From the NCBI RefSeq assembly GCF_028641065.1, contig NC_073384.1, forward strand, positions 49,662,001 through 49,726,000: a DNA stretch of 64,000 nucleotides, given 5' to 3'. A model generated the notes under the pieces. It saw only the letters and a program-made list of their open reading frames with translations, made no database searches and had not been told where the DNA came from. Both the position numbers and the translations under genes were made by a program. Shown piece after piece: positions 25,885 to 38,655 of this stretch (its first letter is position 1; the number at the start of each line of letters is the position of its first letter). The DNA is from Leucoraja erinacea (lineage: Eukaryota).

Positions 25885-27243
25885 AGGTGGATCCTATTTC
25901 CATTGATTATCCTTGAGATGTTTCTACAACTTGATTGGAGTCCACCAGTGGTAAATTAAATTGATTGGACATGATTTGGAAAGGCACACACCTGTCTATA
26001 TAAGGTCCCACAGTTGGCAGTGCATGTCAGAGCAAAAACCAAGCCATGGAGAAAAAAGGAATTGTCTGTAGACCTCTGAGACAGGATTGTGGTGAGACCC
26101 AGATCTGGGGAAGGGTATGAAATAATTTCTGCAGCATTGCAGATCCCGAAGAGCACAGTGGCCTCCATCATTCTTAAATGGAAGAATTTTGGAACCACCA
26201 GGACTCTTCATAAAGCTGGCCGCCAGGCCAAACTGAGCCATCGGGGTAGAAGGGCCTTGGACAGGGAGGTGACCAAGAACCCAATGGTCACTCCGACAGA
26301 GCACCAGAGTTCCTTTGTGGAGATGGGAGAACCTTCCAGAAGGACAACTATATCTGCAGCACTCCACCCATCAGGCCTTTATGATAGAGTGGCCAGACAG
26401 AAGCCACTCCTCAGTAAAAGGCACAAGACAGCCTGCTTGGAGTTTGCCAAAAGGCACCTAAATGACTCTCAGACCATGGGAAACAAGATTCTCTGGTCTG
26501 ATGAAACCAAGATTGAACTCTTTGGCCTGAATGCCAAGCGTCATGTCTGGAGGAAACCAGGCATAGCTCATCACCTGTCCAATACCATACCTACGGTGAA
26601 GCAGGATGGTGGCAGCATCATGCTGTGGGGATGTTTCTCAAAGGCAGGAACTGGAGACTAGTCAGGATCGAGGGAAAGATGAACGGAAGAAAGTACAGAG
26701 AGATCCTTGATGAAAACCTGCTCCAGAGCATTCTGGGCCTCAGATTGGGGTGGAGGTTCACCTTCGAACACGACAACGACCCTAAGCACACAGCCAAGAC
26801 AATGCAGGAGTGGCTTCATGACAAGTCCTCGAATGTCCCAGCCAGAGCCCGGACTTGAACCCGATCGAACATCTCAGGAGGGACCTGAAAATAGCTGTGC
26901 ATCGACGCTCCCCATCCATCCTGACAGAGCTTGAGAGGATCTGCAGTGAAGAATGGGAGCAATTACTCAAATACAGGTGTGCCAAGCTTGTAGCGTCATA
27001 CCCAAGAAGACTTGAGGCTGTAATCGCTGCCAAAGCTGCCTCAACAAAGTACTGAGTAAAGGGTCTGAATACTTATGTAAATGTGATATTTCAGTTATTT
27101 CTTTTTAAATACTTAACAAAAATTTCTAAACACCTGTTTTTGCTTTTTATTATGGGGTATTGTATGTAGATTGATGATAAAAACAAGTAGTAACAGAAGG
27201 TGGAAAAAGTGACGGGGTCTGAATACTTTCTGAATGCACTGTA
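25885..27243 (+). mobile_element. Tc1-family transposon relic (Passport/Eagle-Glan-like) with a frameshifted transposase at about 26046-27055
   Basis: WSDETKIELFG, HDNDPKHTAK and SPDLNPIEHL motifs and a C-terminal AAKAASTKY. The right end cactg|ta has inner and outer DRs (gggtctgaatactt at about 27061 and 27215). The left outer end is missing. Confidence 0.9.
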
Positions 27244-27493
27244 CATGATAATAAAACACTTTTGGTTCTTGACTCTCTTGGAATTAATTTTAAATTCTAC
27301 AAGCTCAGGTAACTATTTTTCTGTCTGTATAAGCCTTACTTGCTGGACATGTCCAACTGCTCTGTAGTTCACAAATCTTACAAGCTTTTGTCTTTTCTCT
27401 CACATTCGCTCATTGACAAGATAACCTTGTTTTATGTTTACCCCCAGGGTCATCCCGGTTTTATCCCATCAGAGACAGTCCCATCTGCGAAAC

Positions 27494-27817
27494 GGGTGGC
27501 ACAGTGGTGCAGCTGGTAAATTTGCTGCCTCACAGCGACAGAGGCCTGGGTTTGATCCAGACCTCGCGTGCTGTCTGAGTGGAGTTTGCACATTCTCCCT
27601 GTGACCACATGGGTTTCCTCTGGGTGCTCCGGTTTCCTCCCACATCCAAAAGACGTGCAGCTTTGTAGGTTAATTGGCCTCTGTAAATTGCTCCTAACGT
27701 GTAAGGTGTGGTGCGACAGTGGAATATCACAGAACTAGTGTGAACGGGTGATCAATGGTTGGCATGGACTCAGTGGGCTGAAGGACCTTTTTCCATACTG
27801 TACCTCTTGACTAAACT
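27494..27817 (+). mobile_element. HE1-like SINE
   Basis: A/B-box head, V-domain and CR1-like tail. Confidence 0.8.
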
Positions 27818-29858
27818 ATCATCCCTGCAGCTTAACAGGCATCTTTTGTCGTCTATACTGTTCGAACAAAGGATATTTAACCTAATACTTTGACTCTTAT
27901 TCTCTTCACACAGGCAATGGCCTGACCTGCTGAGTAATTTGAGCATTTTCTGTTTTTATAATATATGATTGTGGAAATGCTACTTTATAGAGATGTCAAC
28001 AATTAAGTTCTCCCACTATTTAGATTTCTAATGCACAATAGGTTGTTTTAAGGAAGGGAGAAAATTACCAAGCCATTTTGTTTACTGAGTACCATGTTTA
28101 CATATCTCTTTTGCTGCTGCAAGGAAGAATTTCATATTTCTGTTTCTGACATACGACAATAATACTATTTTGAGCAGATTCTTGTAGCAGAGGAAAGCTC
28201 TCTCTGAGAGTCAAAATGGTGAGGTTGCTCAGGCCACAGCAACCTGCTTCCAGTGTGAAAATCTTCAATTTTTCACACCAATTAAACCACAGCTTCTTAG
28301 TGAACAACTTCAGTGGTAAATTAGAGTTAGCTTTATAATTAGAAACTGGGTGAACATTATCTAAATTCAAAATAAATGAACAGCGGTAGGCTGTACAATT
28401 GAATTGCCATTTAAAAAACAATATAGGTACATCAGTGGCATCTTCCTTCTTGGCCAGGACGGCTGTCCAGTTCTATTGTGGAAACAAGGAACAGATGCTG
28501 GTTTACACAAAAGGACACAAAATGCTGGTGTATCTCAGAAAGTCAGGCAGCATCCCTGGAGATCATGGATAGGTGACAAGAGAGGCATAAAGGAGGCCAA
28601 GGTGGTCTACAACAGGAGGATTGAGGACCACCTGTCACACAACGATCCACGGAGAGTGTGGCAAGGGTTACAGCACATAACCAACTATAAAGGCAGTACC
28701 AACAGCACTGTAAATACCGACGCGGAGGAGCTTAACCGTTTCTTCGGCCGGTTTGAGGTTAACAGGCCAGCTACAGGCTCACTGCCTCCACCCGCCTCTA
28801 ACACCCACACACTCACACTACAGGAACAGGATGTGAGGCGTGTGCTGAGGTCAGTAAATCCAATTAAGGCTGCTGAACCTGATGCAGTACCCAGTAAAGT
28901 ACTCCAGGCATGTGCTGACCAACTCGCTGGGGTCTTCACAAGGATTATTAACATCTCCCTGTCACAAGCTATCATACCACCCTGCTTATAGTCAGCCACA
29001 ATCATTCCTATTCCCAAAAAAAAACAGTCCCTGAGGACCTGAATGACTATAGACCGAGTGCACTTACACCAGAGATTATGAAGTGCTTCGAGAAACTAGT
29101 CCTGCATCACATCAGAACCAGCCTACCTCTCTCCTTCGACCCACATCAGTTTGCATATAGAGATAACAGATTCACTGAGGACGCCATCGCCATAGCAACT
29201 CACACTGCACTGACCCACTTGGAACATCGGGAAAGCTACGTGAGGATGTTATTCATTGATTATCGCTCAGCATTCAATACAATCATTTTAATCAGCAAAC
29301 TGCTTGACCTAGGCCTCTCCTCGCCCATCTGCACATGGATCCAAGACTTTCTCACAAACCGCCCACAGAGAGTTAAAACCGGCCCCCACATCTCCTCCTC
29401 TTTCACACTAAGCACTGGTGCACCTCAAGGCTGTGTGCTGAGTCCACTCCTCTACTCCTTATACACCTATGACTGTACACCTGCCCACCCTTCCAACACG
29501 ATTATTAGAAACATAGAAAATAGGTGCAGGAGGAGGCCATACGGGCCTTCGAGTCAGCACCGCCATTCATTGTGATAATGGCTGATCGTCCCCTATCAAT
29601 AACCCATACCTGCCTTCTCCCCATATCCCTTGACTCCACTAGCCCCTAGAGCTCTATCTAACTCTCTCTTAAATCCATCCAGTGACTTGGTCTCCATTGC
29701 CGTCTGTGGCAGGGAATTCCATAAATTCCCAACTCTCTGGGTGAAATGTTTTTTACTCACCTCAGTCTTAAATGACCTCCCCTTTATTCTAAGACTGTGG
29801 CCCCTGGTTCTGGACTCGCCCAAAATTGGGTACATTTTTCCTGCATCTAGCTTGTCCA

Positions 29859-30623
29859 AGTCAAGTCAAGTCAAGTCAAGTTTATTTGTCACATACACAT
29901 ACGAGATGTGCAGTGAAATGAAAGTGGCAATGCTCGCGGACTTTTGTGCAAAAGACAAACAACAAAACAACCAAACAAATTATAAACACAATCATAACAC
30001 ACATATTCTTTTACATAATAAATAATGGAAGGAAAAACGTTCTGTATAGTTAGTCCCTGGTGAGATAGGCGTTTACAGTCCGAATTGCCTCTGGGAAGAA
30101 ACTCCTTCTCAACCTCTCCGTTCTCACCGCATGGCAACGGAGGCGTTTGCCTGACCGTAGCAGCTGGAACAGTCCGTTGCAGGGGTGGAATGGGTCTCTC
30201 ATGATTTTGTTTGCTCTGGAGTTGCACCTCCTGTTGTATAGTTCCTGCAGGGGGGTGAGTGAAGTTCCCATAGTGCGTTCGGCCGAACGCACTACTCTCT
30301 GCAGAGCCTTCTTGTCCTTGGCAGAGCAATTCCCAAACCAGATGGTAATGTTCCCGGACAAGATGCTTTCCACCGCCGCTGCGTAGAAGCACTGGAGGAT
30401 CCTCGGAGACACTCTGAATTTCCTCAATTGCCTGAGGTGGTAAAGGCGCTGCCTTGCCTTACTCACGAGTGCTGAGGCGTGTGATGCCCATGTCACATCC
30501 TCGGAGATGTGGACTCCCAGATATTTAAAACAGTTCACCCTATCCACAGGATCCCCATTTATCCTCAATGGAGTGTGCGTCCTCGTATGATGTGCCCTCC
30601 TAAAGTCCATGATCAGCTCCTTC
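29859..30623 (-). mobile_element. Young 5'-truncated Rex1/Babar LINE nested in the CR1
   Basis: Uninterrupted 186-aa ORF FKYLGVHISED...RSFFPEAIRTVN and an (acttg)n tail. TSD gtcca at 29854-29858 and 30624-30628. Confidence 0.9.
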
Positions 30624-32229
30624 GTCCAGTCCTTTTATAATTTTATATGTTTCTATGAGATCCCCCTCATCCTTCTAAACTCCAGTGAATACAAGCCTAG
30701 TCTTTTCAATCTTTCCTCATATGACAGTCCGGCCATCCCAAGGATCAATCTCGTGAACTTACGCTGCACTGCCTCAATCACAAGGATGTCCTTCCTCAAA
30801 TTAGAAGACCAAAACTGTACACAATACTCCAGTTGTGGTCTCACCAGAGCCCTATACAACTGCTGAAGAACCTCTTTACTCCTATACTAAAATCCTCTTG
30901 TTATGAAGGCCAACATTCCATTAGCTTTCATCACTGCCTGCTGTACCTGCACGCCAACTTTCTGTGACTGGTGTACAATGGTATCCAGGTCTCGCTGCAC
31001 CTCCCCCTTACCTAACCTAACCCCATTGAGATAATAATCTGCCCCCTTGTTTTTTCCGCCAAAGTGGATAACCTCACATTTGCCATGCATCTGTCCACTC
31101 ACTCAACCTGTCCAGGTCACCCTGCAACCTCCTAACATCCTCTTCACAGTTCACAATGCCACCCAGCTTTGTGTCATCCACAAACGTGCTAGTGTTGCTC
31201 CTAATTCCCTCTTCCAAATCATTAATATATATGGTAAACAGTTGCGGCCCCAACACCGAGCTTGCGGCACTCCACTCGCCACTTCCTGCCATTCTGAAAA
31301 GGACCCAGTCACTCCTACTATTTGCTCTCTCTTCTGCCAACCAATTTTCTATCCATGTCAACACCCTACCCCCAATACCATGTGTTCTAATTTTAGTCAC
31401 CAGTCTCCTGTGCGGGACCTTATCAAAGGCTTTCTGAAAGTCTAGATACACTACATCCACTGGCACCTCTTCATCCATTTTACTTGTCACATCCTCAAAA
31501 AATTCCAGAAGATTAGTCAAGCATGATTTCCTTTTCATAAATCCATGTTGACTTGGACTAATCCTTTTACTGCTATCCAAATGCCCCATTATTACTTCTT
31601 TAATAATTGAATCCAGCATCTTTCCCACCACCGAAGTCATGCTAACTTGTCTGTAATTCCCCGTTTTCTCTCTCACTCCTTTCTTGAAAAGTGGGATAAC
31701 ATTAGCTATCCTCCAATCCACAGGAACTGACCCTGAATCTATTGAACATTGGAAAATGATCACCAATGCGTCCACTATTTCTAGAGCCACCTCCCTGAGG
31801 ACCCTGAGATGCAGACCATCAGGCCCAGGGGTTTTATCATCCTTCAACCCCATTAGCCTACCCAATTATATTTCTCGCCGAATGAAAATTTCTTTCAGTT
31901 CCTCTACCCCCTTAGATCCTCTGTCTTCCAGTACATCTGGGAGATTGTTTGTGTCTTCCTTAGTGAAGACAGATCCGAAGTACCTAATCAACTCTTCTGC
32001 CATTTCCTTGTTGCCCATAATAATTTCACCCGTGTCTGCCTTCAAGGGACCCACATTTGACTTTGCTATTCCTTTTCCCTTAACATATCAAAATAAGTTT
32101 TTACTGTCCTTCTTTATATTCCTGGCCAGCTTCCCTTCGTACTTCATCTTTTCAGCCCGTTTTGTTTCCTTCTGTTGTCCTATGAAAGTTCCCCAATCCT
32201 CTGGCTTCCGGCTACTCTTTGCTGTGTTA

Positions 32230-32455
32230 TGCCTCTGTCCCACTTAGGAAACCTGAACGGAAACCATTGGAAACTTTGCGCCCCACCCAAGTTTTCCGTG
32301 CGGTTCCCGGTGGTTGCAGGAGGTTGCCGGAGGTTGCAGGTAGTGGAAGCAGGTAGGGAGACTGACAAAAACCTCCGGGAACCGCACGGAAACCTTGGGT
32401 AGGGCGCAAAGTCTCCAGAGGTTTACGTTCAGGTTTCCTAAGTGGGACAGGGGCA
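32230..32455. mobile_element. Palindromic Harbinger-type MITE nested in the CR1
   Basis: Long TIRs tgcctctgtcccacttaggaaacctgaacg / cgttcaggtttcctaagtgggacaggggca. The same terminal motif occurs at 61789-62090. Confidence 0.75.
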
Positions 32456-35400
32456 TATATACATCTTTTCTTTTAGTTTTATTCTATCCCTAACTTATCT
32501 TGTCAGCCATGGTTGCCTCCTACTCCCCTTAGAATCTTTCTTCCTTTTTGCTCTTTTTTCCTTTTTGCTGATTATTAAATTTGCTGACGACACGACAGTC
32601 GTCGGGCTCATCTCAGGAGAGACGAGTCAGCATATAGGGACGAGATACAATGACTGTCAGAGTGGTGTGCAGTAAATAACCGGACACTGAACACCACAAA
32701 GACAAAGGAGCTAATACTGGATTTCAGGAGGAAATGGTACGTGGACCCGGCCCCGCTCTGCATAAATGGGGCGTATGTGGAAAGAGTGCAGACTTTCAAA
32801 TTCCTAGGAGCCCTCGTATCCGAGGACCTCTCCTGATCGGCCAACACCACTGCAACCATCAAGAGAGCACAACAGAGACTCCATTTCCTGAGAGTGCTCA
32901 GGAGGCACAACACCAAGAAGAAGCTGCTGGTGGCCTTCTACCGGGCGACCATTGAGAGTCTACTGACATATTGCATGTCAGTGTGGTATGCAGGCTGCTC
33001 TGCTGCAGGTAAGAAAGCGCTCCAGAGCATGGTAAAAACAGCAGAGAGAATCACCGGCTGCCCACTGCTCTCTCTGGAGGATATTGCCACCACACGCTAC
33101 CCCAGCAGAGCCACTAACATCATCAAAGACTCCACACATCCCAGTCACCACCTTTTTGAACTGTTACCCTCTGGCAGGCGTTACAGGTCAGCCAAAACAT
33201 GCACCTCCAGACTCAGAGACAGTTTCTTCCCCAAAGCAATCTTCACACTCAATATGAAAAACACAATTATTCATGCTGCACTCTTCCATGCTGCTGCTCA
33301 CCTTGAAAATTACTATCACCATGTACAGTACTGATTACTTAGTTATCTTAATACCTAGTTTTTGACATTGTTTTTAAATTGTGTCCTGTACTTTTATGTT
33401 TGTATATTATGCACCAATGGAGTGGCAACAACAATTTTGTTGTATGCAGTGCTTACAATGACAAATAAAGGCATTTCATTTCATTTCAGGTGCGAACCCT
33501 TCTTCAGACTGAAGAAACTTCACGTATCCATGTTGTCCAGAGATGCTGCCTGACAAGCAGAGTTGCTCCGGCACTTTGTGTCCTTTTCTTCCCCCCTATC
33601 CTGTAAATCTTTTTGTCTAACTAAAATCTTAGATTTAAATTATCTGATCTGGCAACAATTAGCATGAGGAAGAAAGTTTCAAACTTCAATTATCCTCAGA
33701 ATGTGAAGGCCTAGATTAAATGTTTTGGGGGAACACAGAGGAAAGGACAAAGTGGGGAAATTGTAGAAATGGATCACCAACACTGCTTCTTTTTGTCAAT
33801 GAATCAGTCGGTAACAAAAGCAAATTATCGGGATATTTGACATTTATTGGAAGTTGATGTGTGGAAAATGCCTGCTGCATTTCCTTACACTGCGACCATA
33901 TTTATTGAACTTAGAAGTGACTTAAACACCATGAGGTCGAGAAAGGGCCCTTAGAAATGCAAGTCCTTCCTACACAATTGCCTGTTCACACAAACATGTA
34001 CAAATACAAAGGCAACGTTAGGTGCCATTACCACACAAACCACTTACTTCCTGACTGCAGAGAAACTGGAACTCAGCATCCATCTGCAAAACAAAAATAT
34101 CATACATGATCTGCCCATAAAAAATTCTGGATCTGACCCAAAACTAAACTTGCATAGTTTACAAATAGGTGATATCCTAAATGTGCTTTAAGTGCAATAT
34201 TTTGGAACATGACTAGAACATGTCAATGGTATGAATATTTTAGACTGTGCATATTTAAACGTCCATTTGCAACCTAAATGGCTAAATATGCTTTATAAAT
34301 GTGCAAAAAATCCTCGTCCTTTGGAAGTTATTCAATAATAAATATGTGCGTGAGATAGTATGTGTGGACTGATAGAAAGGTTTGTAAATAATATACCAAA
34401 TAGTCAAGATCACAGCACAAACTCAAAATCGAGTTACATATTCATCAAGAGACCCTTTCTTTGCCACTTTTAAGTATCCTCAAGTCTTCAAAACACAATC
34501 AGACAAATGCCTATTTTATTTTGACAAAGAAACTACATTTCTACATACGTTCTGACTAGCGAGGAATTTTAAGCTTCAAATTTCAGTGACTGATGTAGCA
34601 AAGCAACCTTGACATATTTTAATAAAGTAGGATTGACACTGAGCTAAGCAGCAGAGGGCACTGATTCTCAGTCTCATGAGAGTTCTTTAAATCCTTAAAT
34701 GAGTCTTGCGGTCACGTGATAACTATGATTTACCTATAATGTCAACTTGGAAATCATTAATTGAAAAACAGCAAGTTGATCAACTCAAGAGATTAGTGAA
34801 GCAGGCTGAGTTTAGAGTTGACAATTTGATCTGCTTTTGAGCTTTTTTCTGTTCCTCATTTAAATCTGTATCCTTAGATTATATCCTTTGATAAATTGTT
34901 CCGAAATTAGGATGACATTGAATAATTATTGAAATTATTGAATAAATTAAAATACAAACAACATTTAATCTGTATATGATTAGACTAGTGAATGGCATAA
35001 TCTTTTCAAAGGACAATGAATAAGAAGATATACTGAAAGGGTCATCACAATGAAACACAACATTGCTGTATGTCAAAGAAAACCATTGTAGTTTGAAAAT
35101 AATAAGTAAACAGCATAAACTGGGTAGTGGGATTCAAACAATTCTTTGTAAGCGATGATTCGGATTGTTGCTTACATAACTAATTCAAATAGAGGTGATG
35201 AACAAAATGCTTCAGTATGACATGTAAAATGTAAACTGCAAATATTATGAGAATGGACAGTTTCATGGGTAACTAAACTATTTCTTATGCTGTAAAATAA
35301 AAATTGAAATTATATAGTCCTCTTTTCTGCAAGTTACAAAGTGTTATTTGGTAATAATTAGGTGCTATTTGTACTGGATCAGTGACAACGTGATGATGAA

Positions 35401-37023
35401 AGTAAAGCACTGTCAAACTGTTAAACGTTATTTTCAAAACTTTAAGTAAGATAAAAGAAAATGTGTTTAACATTACTTAACACGTTTAACAAGTAGAGAC
35501 AAAATGCTGGAGTAACTCAGCGGGACAGGCTTCTTCCGAAGAAGGGTCTCAACCCGAAATGTCACACATTCCTTCTCTCCAGAGATCCTGCCTGTGCTGC
35601 CGAGTTACTTCAGCATTTTGTGTTGTATCTTCATTTTAAATCAGCATCTGCAATTTCCTCCGACCCAAATTTAACAAGTTTATTTATTTTATGGGAAAAT
35701 ATCCAAACATTGAGAAAAAAGATGGAAGTAAAATAATTTATTTTCAGAACTGCCGAACAAATACGTTGGATGCTTTCAATTGGTGAAAATTAAAGTTAGA
35801 TCTAAACGTAAAATTAATTAATATGTTTAGAATCAAAATATATAATCTGTACAAAATATATAATCTGTATCTGTGCACATACTAATATTGTAGCAGATAT
35901 TGTGACGAGTAACCAAACAGTTGGACAAAGAGAATCTTAAGGAAGAGATAGGGATAGATGGCATACCCAAGCATACAGGCAGATGATAGATTGGTGGCAT
36001 GATTGAAACCAGTGCAGTGAAAAAGGTTAGAATTAAAGTAATGTTATAAGGATGCTGGAGATTATGGAGTCAGCAATGAATTTAGTTTCTCTTTAATATA
36101 CAGTCCTTATTTAAATTCCTTTACCATTCAGATAGAATTAATATTACAACCACACGATATTATGAAAATTGTCAAGATATATGGCTGATCCACATTAGGA
36201 GGTTTACATCAACCAGTGTATTTGCTAGCAATTATTTAACTGATGATCAGCCATGATCATATTGAATGGCGGTGCAGGCTCGAAGGGCCGCAGTATTGGC
36301 TGATCCATATAGGAGTTTTACTGCAACCCAGTGTATTTGCTAGCAATTATTTAACTGCTAAAGTGACTAAAACATGGTTTAAATTAATTTCTAATCTAAA
36401 ATTTCCAATGTATTCAAATAATGTTTTGAACAAAACATATTTGAAAACAGAATTCTAATCAGGTTTAATCACATTGTGTTTTTTTTTGCACTGAATCTTT
36501 ATGTCCTTTTTCAAATGTTGGTTACACATACATAACTGAATAACACAGCTGAACAAGAGAATAATCTGATGCTTATTGAACTGCTAGGTATTAAATTATA
36601 AACTGAAAAAACATAAATAAGACTTGACAAAATCTTACCCATTATTGTAAGAGTGATTGATTCACTAAAAACAGAAGCAAAAACATCTCAGAACTCTGTT
36701 AATGGGATATTAATTACTGCTATCCTTTCAAACTGTTCCCGCGAATCATTTCTCATCTATGGGATGAACAGAACTTCGCTCAGGCAAATCTTGTGTTTGC
36801 TCCAGGTTTACAAAGCAAATCAGGGATAACTCATTTGCTGCTTTGGATGATCTGATATTTAATAATGTCACAAGTATGTTAGCAACATGATTTAAATACA
36901 CAATTCTAAAGACAATAATTTCCATAAAACAACAATGCTATACACTTATGGACTATCACATGGGACTGCCTCAAGAAAAATGCAATTTGCAAGTATTGAC
37001 TAAAGAATTCATATTCGTCAAAT

Positions 37024-37255
37024 AGAAACATAGAAAATAGGTGCAGGAGTAGGCCATTCGGCCCTTCGAACCTGCACCACCATTCAATATGATCATGGCT
37101 GATCATCCAACTCAGTATCCTGTACCTGCCTTCTCTCCATACCCCCTGATCCCTTTAGCCACAAGGGCCACATCTAACTCCCTCTTAAATATAGCCAATG
37201 ACCTGGCCTCAACTACCTTCTGTGGCAGAGTTCCAGAGATTCACCACTCTCTGTG
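37024..37255 (-). mobile_element. CR1 3'-end fragment
   Basis: Matches the 3' UTR of 29508-29850 (tagaaacatagaaaataggtgcagg...). Confidence 0.8.
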
Positions 37256-38367
37256 TCAAAATTGAGCCAGCTCCATACTAAACTGGAGAACATTTAAAAA
37301 AATAATCCAAACGTGAATATACAAGTGCTATCCTGCATGCTGCCTGCAAAATGTCACCGCTCTCCAGCACCAACTTTTATTTTAATCTAGTCCCAAGAGC
37401 AGGTCAATAAAACTTGGTCAGAAATGGGGCAATGCCAGGCAATATTTAGCAATAATCAAATGCATAATTGCAAAAATTAAAAAGTTAAAAGGCAAAGTTC
37501 AGCAAATTAACTTTGCAATTCTTTTTGAAAAGTAATATTCATTGCTTCACTGCATTGTCTAGTTATTATATCATCCTCTAGGCTTATTAAAACTCTTCTA
37601 ATAATATAATATAGGCTGTTTAATATTTTTATGCATTTAGGGATAAAATAATAAATGTACCCTTCAATTAAGCAAAAAGATATCCTGATTATAAGACAAA
37701 TATATATATACTGTATGTTCCCAAACCACACAATGTTGGAGTGAGATAAGAGACAGATCAGATATATGCCACAATACCTCAAGTCCTTTAATGTGTAAAG
37801 TGTACTGAATTCAGCCTTGAATGGATCCAACTGAACACCAACCCCTCCGAGATATCGAATTACAAAGATTCATAATCTTCTGATCGAACAATTACTTAAC
37901 AACTTATGATGAGATTAATTTTAGGCTTTCCAGCCAGAGCAAATATTCTCTCAGCATGTACCCAACAATCTCTTAGAGCTTTATATATTTCATTAACACC
38001 ACCTCTCAATCCATCCATAATATCCATAAAAGAAAAAGCTGAAACACAGCGGGTCAGGCAGTATCAGTGGAGGGAAATGAACAGGCAAGTTTCAGCTACC
38101 CGAAACATCGTGTGTCCATCTCCCTCTACAGATGCTGCCTGACCAGTTAGTTCCTCCGGTTTTTTGCACAAGATCTGCAATCTCTTGTGGTCCCCTCATA
38201 CTCAAACTTTCCTCATAAAAGCATCTCCCTAAACTCAACAAACAATCTAGTGCATGTACCTTGCACTGCGTCCAATCCCTCCAACTGTCTTACAGTAAAG
38301 GGCAAAATATAATTTGCCTTCTTGATGCTTGCTGCCTGCACATTAACATTTTATACACCAGCATTTA

Positions 38368-38655
38368 TTACGATACGATACGATAAAACTTTATTCATCC
38401 CCGGAGGGAAATTAGTCTGCCAACAGTCACTACACACAAGGTACACAATAACTGGAAATTAAAAGTGAAAACTAAAAGAAAAAGCAAGCAACTGTTGCCT
38501 GGCAGCCGTGTGCACAGCACCTTCACCGGAACAAATAAACAAACGAACACAGACTTATTCCCTGGGCAGAGGATTCTGAACTAGAGTGCTCCCCCCCAGG
38601 TCCCCCTTTGTTCTCCCACCGTCCCTCACAGCTGTCGTTCCATGCCGGGTCCCCA
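38368..38655 (-). mobile_element. Short non-coding retroposon fragment with a Rex1-type tail
   Basis: Minus strand aatttccctccggggatgaataaagtt followed by (tatcg)n. Confidence 0.5.

Larger units (their letters stand above)
29508..32569 (-). mobile_element. CR1-clade LINE (HER1-like), 5'-truncated and frameshifted
   Basis: PGPDGLH, YLDFQKAFDKVPH, SVLGPQLFTIYIND, FVDDTKL and YRALVRPQLEYCVQFW motifs, with a (tttctatg)-type tail. Confidence 0.9.
28575..33487 (+). mobile_element. Rex1/Babar LINE split into 28575-29507 and 32570-33487 by a CR1 insertion
   Basis: The RT reads ...[20 protein letters not shown]...NTII | KFADDTTVVGLIS... across the insertion. 8-bp TSD gattatta at 29500-29507 and 32570-32577. 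Tail atgacaaataaa(catt)n. Confidence 0.9.
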
